Positions 55,656 through 61,375 of a stretch of 61,375 bases of DNA are shown piece after piece. A model generated the notes under the pieces. That model did not search any database. It was not told the origin of the DNA and was given only the letters and a program-made list of their open reading frames with translations. The translations under genes were made by a program, and so were the position numbers. How positions within the stretch are numbered: the stretch's first letter is position 1; each line of letters starts with the position of its first letter. Source of the stretch: Clostridiales bacterium (GTDB taxonomy: Bacteria; Bacillota; Clostridia; Oscillospirales; QAKW01); assembly GCA_003343605.1 (NCBI GenBank), contig QAKW01000083.1, forward strand, positions 1 through 61,375, read 5' to 3'.

Positions 55656-57358
55656 TTCTGCATTATATCAAGCCCCACTGGAAGCAGATGACCTTTGGGA
55701 TGACAATTAAACTGATCGGAACCGTTATGGATTTATTGCTTCCCTATATCCTCGCCCATATCATTGATCAGATCATTCCGCAGGGGGCGCTGAAACCAGT
55801 GTTTTTATGGGGTATTCTGATGCTGGTCTGCGCGGCGGTTGCCTGGATCGGAAATATTCTGGCCAACCGTTCTGCATCTCTGGTTGCACGCCAAGCCGTT
55901 TTTCAAATCCGCCATGATCTGTTTAAAAAAATATTCCAACTCTCCAACCGTCAGGTAGACAGCTGCACCATCCCCTCTCTGATCTCGCGTATGACAACCG
56001 ATACCTATAATCTTCATCGAATGATCGGAATGATGCAGCGGATCGGTATCCGGGCGCCGATTCTGGTGATCGGCGGCATTTTGATTACCTGGACTCTTGA
56101 TCCCCTTCTCGCCGCAATCCTGCTTGCGATGCTGCCGGTCATGAGTATCATCGTTTACCGCATTTCCCGGCGCAGCGTACCGCTTTTCGCCATTTTACAG
56201 GAGCATATCGATGAATTGGTGCGCACCGTGAGGGAAAACGTGAGCGGTATCCGCGTAATCAAGGCGCTGAGCAAAACAGAAGATGAAAAAAAGCGTTTCT
56301 ATGAAGTAAATTTAGGCGTTTGCAAGGCTGAAAACAAGGCCAACCGTACCATGGCGGCCAATTCCCCGGTAATGAACCTGATTTTGAATCTGGGGCTGGT
56401 TCTGGTGGTTTTGGTAGGCGCATGGCGAGTCAACAGCGGTGCAACCGGTATTGGAACCATCACCGCATTTCTTTCTTATTTTACTATTATCTTAAATGCC
56501 ATGCTCACAATTACCCGCGTTCTTACCAATTACTCCCGATCCCTTGCTTCCGCCAGGCGCATCCAGGAGGTACTGGATCTTCCGGATGATCTTCTGCCGG
56601 AGGAGCGGCCCGGCGGATTTTTGCAGGATGCGATTCATTTCGATCATGTTTACTTTTCCTATCATCATGTTCACAACAACCTTGAAAATATAGATTTCGG
56701 CTTAAAGAAGGGGCAAAGCCTCGGCATTTTAGGGCCAACCGGCGCCGGCAAAAGCACGCTGGCAATGCTGCTGATGCGGTTTTATGATGTAGACCGCGGC
56801 AGCATTCTGCTGGGCGGTAAGGATCTGCGCACGCTTTCCCCCGCTGAAATCCGCGGGCAGTTCGGCGTTGTTTTCCAAAACGATCAGCTCTTCCGTGATA
56901 CGATCGGTGAAAATATCCGTATTGGCCGGGCGCTCTCGGATCTTCAGCTTGAGGAGGCACTGCGCGATGCGCAGGCAGAGCAATTTGTAATGGAAAAAGG
57001 CGGTCTTTCTGCGCCTCTGGAGCCCAAGGCCTCCAATCTTTCCGGCGGGCAAAAGCAGCGCCTGCTGATCGCGCGGGCACTGGCCGGGCATCCGCCTTTT
57101 CTGATTTTAGACGATTCCTCCAGCGCGCTGGATTTCAAAACCGATGCCGCGCTCCGGCGTACCCTCCGGGATCGTTATCGCGAAACCACCAAAATTATCA
57201 TCGCTCAGCGCGTGAGCTCTGTGCGCCACTGCGATCAGATTCTGGTGCTGGAAGAAGGGCGTGCGCTGGGGCTTGGAAGCCATGAAGAGCTGCTTCAAAG
57301 CTGCCCGCTTTATCGGGAAATCCACATGCTTCAAACCGGAGAGGAGGCGGCGGTATGA
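55646..57358 (+). CDS. ABC transporter permease/ATP-binding protein (heterodimeric exporter, subunit 1)
   Basis: Walker A GPTGAGKST, LSGGQKQRL and LILDDSSSALD. Overlaps the marR stop and the next start. Confidence 0.9.
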   Translation: MHLILHYIKPHWKQMTFGMTIKLIGTVMDLLLPYILAHIIDQIIPQGALKPVFLWGILMLVCAAVAWIGNILANRSASLVARQAVFQIRHDLFKKIFQLSNRQVDSCTIPSLISRMTTDTYNLHRMIGMMQRIGIRAPILVIGGILITWTLDPLLAAILLAMLPVMSIIVYRISRRSVPLFAILQEHIDELVRTVRENVSGIRVIKALSKTEDEKKRFYEVNLGVCKAENKANRTMAANSPVMNLILNLGLVLVVLVGAWRVNSGATGIGTITAFLSYFTIILNAMLTITRVLTNYSRSLASARRIQEVLDLPDDLLPEERPGGFLQDAIHFDHVYFSYHHVHNNLENIDFGLKKGQSLGILGPTGAGKSTLAMLLMRFYDVDRGSILLGGKDLRTLSPAEIRGQFGVVFQNDQLFRDTIGENIRIGRALSDLQLEEALRDAQAEQFVMEKGGLSAPLEPKASNLSGGQKQRLLIARALAGHPPFLILDDSSSALDFKTDAALRRTLRDRYRETTKIIIAQRVSSVRHCDQILVLEEGRALGLGSHEELLQSCPLYREIHMLQTGEEAAV

Positions 57359-59103
57359 AAACAAAAAAGCACGTAATCCTGCGGCTCGGAAAATATATGT
57401 TTCAGTTTAAATGGCTGCTTTTGCTGGCTCTTTTACTCACCATTGGCTCCAATCTTCTGGCGCTGCTGGGGCCGCAGCTTTCGGGGCAGGCCATTGATGC
57501 AGCGGCCGGCGGTGCCGGTAAGGTGGATTTTCCTACTGTTTTCCGCTATGCGGGCTGGATGGCGCTTTTTTACGTGATTTCAGCGGTTATGGCCTATCTG
57601 CTGCAAATTTTGATGATCTATATTGCCCGGCAGGTTACCTTCCGCCTGCGGCAGGATCTTTTCAACAGCCTGGCAGCCCTTCCTGTTGGCTTCTACGATA
57701 GCCATGCGCCGGGCGATATTCTAAGCCGGATTTCATACGATGCAGATAATATCAGCGAATCCCTCTCATCCGATGTTGTATCTGTTTTGGCCAGCGTAAT
57801 CACCGTGGCCGGTTCCCTTTATATGATGCTGCGGATTTCGCCGCCTCTGCTGCTGGTTTTTGCCATTACGCTTCCCCTATCGGTTTTTCTTACTCGTTTT
57901 ATCACCAAAAGAACCCGTCCGCTCTTTCGCCGGCGCAGCCAGAAGCTGGGGGAGCTGAACGATTTTGTAGAAGAGAAAATATCCGGGCAAAAAACCCTTA
58001 AATCCTATAATCAGGAGAAAAATGTACTCCGGGATTTCGATGCGGAAGATGAAACGGTTGTTGAGGCCTATTATAAAGCCGAATATTACGGCAGCACCAT
58101 GGGGCCTTCCGTGAACCTGATCAATAATCTCTCGCTGGCGCTGATCTCTGCACTGGGCGCCATTATTTACATTCTTTCAGGCGGTATGAAAATTTCGATC
58201 GGAAAAATCTCCAGTTTCGTTCTCTACAGCCGCAAATTTTCCGGGCCGATCAACGAGATTGCCAATATCTACAGCGATCTGCAATCAGCGCTGGCAGCTG
58301 CTGAGCGGATTTTCAGCCTGATGGATGAGAAGCCCGAAGCGCCGGATCCGGCGGATGCGTGCGCAATCGAAGCGGTAAAGGGTGCGGTTGCGCTCTCTCA
58401 TGTTTCGTTTGGCTACACGCCTGAAAAGGAGATCCTGCACGATTTTTCACTGGTGGCCGAACCTGGCAGAATGATTGCGGTTGTGGGGCCTACAGGCGCG
58501 GGTAAAACTTCGCTGATCAATCTGCTGATGCGATTTTATGAAATCAATGCCGGCACCATGACGCTCGACGGTAAAAATATAAAGACCATTACCCGCAGCA
58601 GCCTGCGGCTTTCCTATTCCATGGTATTACAGGAAACCTGGCTCTTTTACGGCACGATTTATGATAATATTGCCTACGGCCGCCCAGATGCCACGCGGGA
58701 AGAGATCATCGATGCGGCAAAGGCAGCCGGCGTTCATTCCTTTATTCAGGCGCTTCCGCAGGGCTACGATACGATTCTGACAGATGATGCGGCCAATATC
58801 TCCAAGGGGCAGAAACAGCTGCTTACCATCGCCCGGGCCATGCTGATGAACTGCTCGATGCTGATTCTGGATGAAGCAACCTCCAATGTGGATACGCGCA
58901 CAGAAAAATTAGTACAGCGCGCCATGCGGGAGCTGATGAAAGAAAAGACCTGCTTTGTTGTAGCTCACCGGCTCTCCACCATCCGCGATGCCGATCTGAT
59001 TTTAGTGGTGCGGGATGGCGCAATTGTTCAGCGTGGAACACATCACGAACTGATGCGCGACGGCGGTTTCTACCAAGAACTCTATAACGCGCAGTTTGAA
59101 TAA
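57355..59103 (+). CDS. ABC transporter permease/ATP-binding protein (heterodimeric exporter, subunit 2)
   Basis: Walker A GPTGAGKTS, signature ISKGQKQLL and LILDEATSNVD. Confidence 0.9.
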   Translation: MKTKKHVILRLGKYMFQFKWLLLLALLLTIGSNLLALLGPQLSGQAIDAAAGGAGKVDFPTVFRYAGWMALFYVISAVMAYLLQILMIYIARQVTFRLRQDLFNSLAALPVGFYDSHAPGDILSRISYDADNISESLSSDVVSVLASVITVAGSLYMMLRISPPLLLVFAITLPLSVFLTRFITKRTRPLFRRRSQKLGELNDFVEEKISGQKTLKSYNQEKNVLRDFDAEDETVVEAYYKAEYYGSTMGPSVNLINNLSLALISALGAIIYILSGGMKISIGKISSFVLYSRKFSGPINEIANIYSDLQSALAAAERIFSLMDEKPEAPDPADACAIEAVKGAVALSHVSFGYTPEKEILHDFSLVAEPGRMIAVVGPTGAGKTSLINLLMRFYEINAGTMTLDGKNIKTITRSSLRLSYSMVLQETWLFYGTIYDNIAYGRPDATREEIIDAAKAAGVHSFIQALPQGYDTILTDDAANISKGQKQLLTIARAMLMNCSMLILDEATSNVDTRTEKLVQRAMRELMKEKTCFVVAHRLSTIRDADLILVVRDGAIVQRGTHHELMRDGGFYQELYNAQFE

Positions 59104-59143
59104 AACAGCCTGCTGTGGAAATGCTATCCCCGAGGTGATCTGA

Positions 59144-59425
59144 ATGGCAAAAAAGGGAATGAAGCGGCCGGAGCAAACGCACCGCCATCCTGCAAATGAA
59201 ACGCCCCCGGTTCCACAAATCGAAGGCAAGGCAAAACACGGCAAAGCACACGCGCGCCCCATCATTGCCGGAACCGAACCCCCGGCGCAAAAGGTTTATC
59301 ATGCGGTGCCGCATCCCCGGCAGGCGGAAAAACCGATTTCAAATATTTATCCCGTTATCGATACCGATCTTGCCCGGGATAATCTTGAAAACGATGTAAC
59401 CGCCGCCGATCTGCAGGATTTATAA
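59144..59425 (+). CDS. Small Pro/His/Lys-rich hypothetical protein
   Basis: 93 aa with GAGGTGA 6 nt upstream of the ATG and a GC-rich hairpin directly downstream. Low-complexity N-terminal two thirds, acidic C-terminus. No family recognised. Confidence 0.4.
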   Translation: MAKKGMKRPEQTHRHPANETPPVPQIEGKAKHGKAHARPIIAGTEPPAQKVYHAVPHPRQAEKPISNIYPVIDTDLARDNLENDVTAADLQDL

Positions 59426-59430
59426 AATAA

Positions 59431-59456
59431 AGCCGCCCCGCGGGGCGGCTTGTTGC
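59431..59456 (+). terminator. GC-rich hairpin, probable terminator of the MarR-ABC operon
   Basis: Palindrome AGCCGCCCCGCGGGGCGGCU followed by UGUUGC (weak U tract). Confidence 0.45.
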
Positions 59457-59603
59457 ATATAAACGGAGAGAGTGCCCTGCCGTTCCCGGCAGAGCACTCC
59501 CTCTCCAACGCCGGAAACTTCCGGCTTCTCCTTCCTGATCCCCAACAATCAGGGCTATCTATTCACCTGCCGCCGTAAAATCCAACCGGCGGCGGGATCA
59601 GGC

Positions 59604-59792
59604 TCAGCGCGATTTTTCATCCAATTTCAGTTTTTCAATATGCCTTTTCAATATTAAATTGATATACTGAGACAGAGAACGATCCTCTTCTTCCGCCAGC
59701 AATCTGGCATTTTTCAATACGTCTCCATCGATTGTAATACTTACTGTTTCTTTTAAAGGACGCAATTTCATCACCCGTACTGATTTTACCAT
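59604..59792 (-). CDS. Ribbon-helix-helix (CopG/antitoxin-like) protein
   Basis: 62 aa. VSITIDGDVLKNARLLAEEEDRSLSQYINLILKRHIE shows the beta-strand plus two-helix RHH pattern. An alternative start is at 59771. The gene and its flanks are AT-rich. Confidence 0.55.
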   Translation of the reverse strand: MVKSVRVMKLRPLKETVSITIDGDVLKNARLLAEEEDRSLSQYINLILKRHIEKLKLDEKSR

Positions 59793-59885
59793 AAAATTGG
59801 CAACAAACGGACTTTATAATATAAAATCATACAAAATATTGTAATACATCGAGTGCTGAAGGATCCCTGCCTCCACACGTCTTCC

Positions 59886-59922
59886 AAAACAAAAAGCAGA
59901 GCGGCCCATTATGCCGCTCTGT
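59886..59922 (-). terminator. Rho-independent terminator after the ywbE-like gene
   Basis: The minus-strand RNA is CAGAGCGGC-AUAAUGG-GCCGCUCUG followed by CUUUUUGUUUU. Confidence 0.7.
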
Positions 59923-59924
59923 TT

Positions 59925-60134
59925 TCAATCTTCTCCTAGTCGGTCGCAGATTTCCTGTACGCGGCCCACCTGCCCATCTTCAAGCATCACCTTAATCCCG
60001 TGGGGATGGCTGCGGCTTTTGGTCAGTATTCTGGCAACGATCCCCTCTGTCAGCCGTCCGGTTGGCTGATCGGCCTTTAAAACAATTTGAACCCGTGCAC
60101 CGATCTGGATCTCAGCCCGGTTCCGACCGTTCAT
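59925..60134 (-). CDS. ywbE: YwbE-family (DUF2196) small protein
   Basis: 69 aa. IQIGARVQIVLKADQPTGRLTEGIVARILTKSRSHPHGIKVMLEDGQVGRVQEI matches my recollection of the YwbE family. Confidence 0.65.
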   Translation of the reverse strand: MNGRNRAEIQIGARVQIVLKADQPTGRLTEGIVARILTKSRSHPHGIKVMLEDGQVGRVQEICDRLGED

Positions 60135-60727
60135 TGCTCCTTCCCCCTTTCATGGTAAACAGGCCGCGCCATTGGAAGATAGCGCATGCCGTGATCATGC
60201 TGTTCACCGGCTGTTTCTGCAAACCCGAGCGATCGATATACCGCAGCGGCGCCGGGCGCTGCATTTACAGTGATTTTTTCATAAGGGCAATCTTTTTCCG
60301 CAAGCTGGAACAATCGCCTGCCCAGCCCCTTATGGCGGTAACGCCCGGCAATGAAAAACAACGCAATATGCCCGCCGCCACCGCGCGTTGCCAGCATGCC
60401 GATCAGGCGCTCTTTCCGAAAAGCGCCGTAAAAACAAAGTGTACCGGTATATTCCGGGTCTCTCAGCGTGCGGCGGTAGTTTTCGATTCCCTCCGCGGTG
60501 TAGCCGGGAGCAACTGTTTTTAAAAAAACATCCTCTGCCAGCCGCAGTGCCTGCATCTGCTCCGCTTCTTCCAGCCGCCTTACAGGATACTCCCGCGCTG
60601 CCTTTTCTGCAAGCCGGTCGCAGGCAACAGCGATTTTCTGATGTTTTTGGTGATATTCCCTGCAGGCGCCGCAATCACCGATTCTCGGGCACCCGGCCCG
60701 GCGGCAGGGACAAATCGTATCCTTCAT
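60131..60727 (-). CDS. GNAT-family N-acetyltransferase with an N-terminal Cys-rich module
   Basis: The C-terminal GNAT core contains RYRHKGLGRRLF (the Q/R-x-x-G-x-G/A acetyl-CoA motif). The first roughly 35 aa carry CPCRRAGCPRIGDCGACREYH. Confidence 0.65.
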   Translation of the reverse strand: MKDTICPCRRAGCPRIGDCGACREYHQKHQKIAVACDRLAEKAAREYPVRRLEEAEQMQALRLAEDVFLKTVAPGYTAEGIENYRRTLRDPEYTGTLCFYGAFRKERLIGMLATRGGGGHIALFFIAGRYRHKGLGRRLFQLAEKDCPYEKITVNAAPGAAAVYRSLGFAETAGEQHDHGMRYLPMARPVYHERGKEQ

Positions 60728-60754
60728 CCGTTTAGATACTCCTTCTCTTCATCA

Positions 60755-61252
60755 TCAGCGTATGGCATTCCGGTATTCATAAATCACCGTATCCTGCCAT
60801 TTTCCAAATCGGTCGCGCGCTGCCTTTTCCCGGCGGCCAACCAGCCGGAAACCGCATTTTTCATGCAGCGCAATGCTGGCCTTATTTTCAGCGCAGATAC
60901 AGGAATAAAGGCACCAATATCCCTGATGCTCGCTTTCGCGCTTCATCAGCTCCATCAGCGCCCGCCCGATCCCCTGCCCGCGGGCGTTGCCCCGGATATA
61001 AAGGCTGATCTCAATCATTCCCCAGTAGGCTTCCATCTGGGAAGTGGGCGCGGCGGCAATAAAGCCTAAAACCACTCCCTGCCGCTTTGCAACATACCGC
61101 AAATTCGGCAGATGTCCTGCGCTCCAAGCCTCAAAGGAAGGTGCTGATGCCCTAAAGGTAGCGCCGCCTTCTTGAATACTTTGAGCAAAAATTTCGATTA
61201 CTTCCGGTCCGTCTGCATCCGTCATTGGTGATATTTCAAAATCCAAAAACAA
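60755..61252 (-). CDS. GNAT-family N-acetyltransferase (phosphinothricin/methionine-sulfoximine acetyltransferase-like)
   Basis: ARGQGIGRALM motif and a C-terminal RFGKWQDTV tail typical of PAT-like GNATs. The TTG start at 61252 is 9 nt after GGAGG. The conserved N-terminal block (EISPMTDADGPEVIEIF) lies upstream of the first ATG. Confidence 0.75.
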   Translation of the reverse strand: MFLDFEISPMTDADGPEVIEIFAQSIQEGGATFRASAPSFEAWSAGHLPNLRYVAKRQGVVLGFIAAAPTSQMEAYWGMIEISLYIRGNARGQGIGRALMELMKRESEHQGYWCLYSCICAENKASIALHEKCGFRLVGRREKAARDRFGKWQDTVIYEYRNAIR

Positions 61253-61375
61253 TTTTTCCTTCCTCCAGTTTCAAATATGCATCAAACGCCTTTCCATTTT
61301 TGGAAGTAAAGCCGGTAAGCTTTTGTGTCTTTCCCTCGTGCAGCAGTGCCCGCGCGGCAGACAGTGGGATGACCC
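61236..61375 (-). CDS. topB: DNA topoisomerase III, last 45 codons (gene runs off the right edge)
   Basis: Absent from the ORF track. Hand translation of the minus strand gives VIPLSAARALLHEGKTQKLTGFTSKNGKAFDAYLKLEEGKIVFGF-stop. This matches my recollection of the topoisomerase C-terminal repeat (GKT..L.GF.SK.GK.F.A.L.L..GK..F.F). Confidence 0.55.
   Translation of the reverse strand, partial: VIPLSAARALLHEGKTQKLTGFTSKNGKAFDAYLKLEEGKIVFGF

Noticed and set aside
1-61375. Scanned for CRISPR repeats, rRNA/tRNA genes, IS elements, integrases, phage genes, and classic defence modules (restriction-modification, abortive infection, toxin-antitoxin pairs, nuclease/helicase/STAND ATPases).
   Set aside because: No regularly spaced direct repeats, no cloverleaf-sized gaps (the largest non-coding gap is the T-box leader), and no transposase-, integrase- or nuclease-like ORFs were seen. 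The only antitoxin-like gene (59604-59792) has no partner.

Overview
This is a 61.4-kb chromosomal segment of a Firmicute, most likely a member of the Clostridia. The evidence is roughly 55-60% G+C by eye, T-box regulation, strong GGAGG-type ribosome-binding sites, and the gene orders rimP-nusA-ylxR-ylxQ-infB-rbfA-nrnA-truB-ribF and zapA-maf-mreB-mreC-mreD-PBP2. Coding density is very high and almost everything is housekeeping or transport. That includes three aminoacyl-tRNA synthetases (aspS, hisS, serS), the nusA/infB operon and the cell-shape cluster. There are three pairs or singletons of ABC multidrug-type exporters and a GldA/F/G-like ABC system with a DUF4340 protein. Two tandem paralogous COG2984/COG4120/COG1101-type ABC importers are present. 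There are also MATE, DMT, AEC and NhaC transporters, a few glycoside-hydrolase/esterase genes, and small regulators (AraC, MarR, XRE, RHH). Both window edges cut genes that are absent from the ORF track: a serine hydrolase at the left and the DNA topoisomerase III C-terminus at the right. I found no rRNA, tRNA, CRISPR array, transposase, integrase, phage genes or recognisable defence-system hallmark. The clearest non-coding element is a tRNA-Trp T-box leader (about 37796-38084) in front of the second ABC importer. I did not find a convincing novel multi-gene system. The findings are smaller oddities: a MinD paralogue without a membrane-targeting tail and without MinC/MinE, and three apparent pseudo-enzymes (ANL-like, E2/CAT-fold, metallophosphoesterase-like lipoprotein). 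There is also a translationally coupled XRE/ATP-grasp pair behind a DMT transporter, AT-rich patches, an attenuator-like hairpin in the rimP leader, and a densely structured intergenic region next to an orphan RHH gene. All family assignments come from motif recognition by eye and need HMM or BLAST confirmation. Many long ORFs in the supplied track are antisense shadows of real genes and were rejected.
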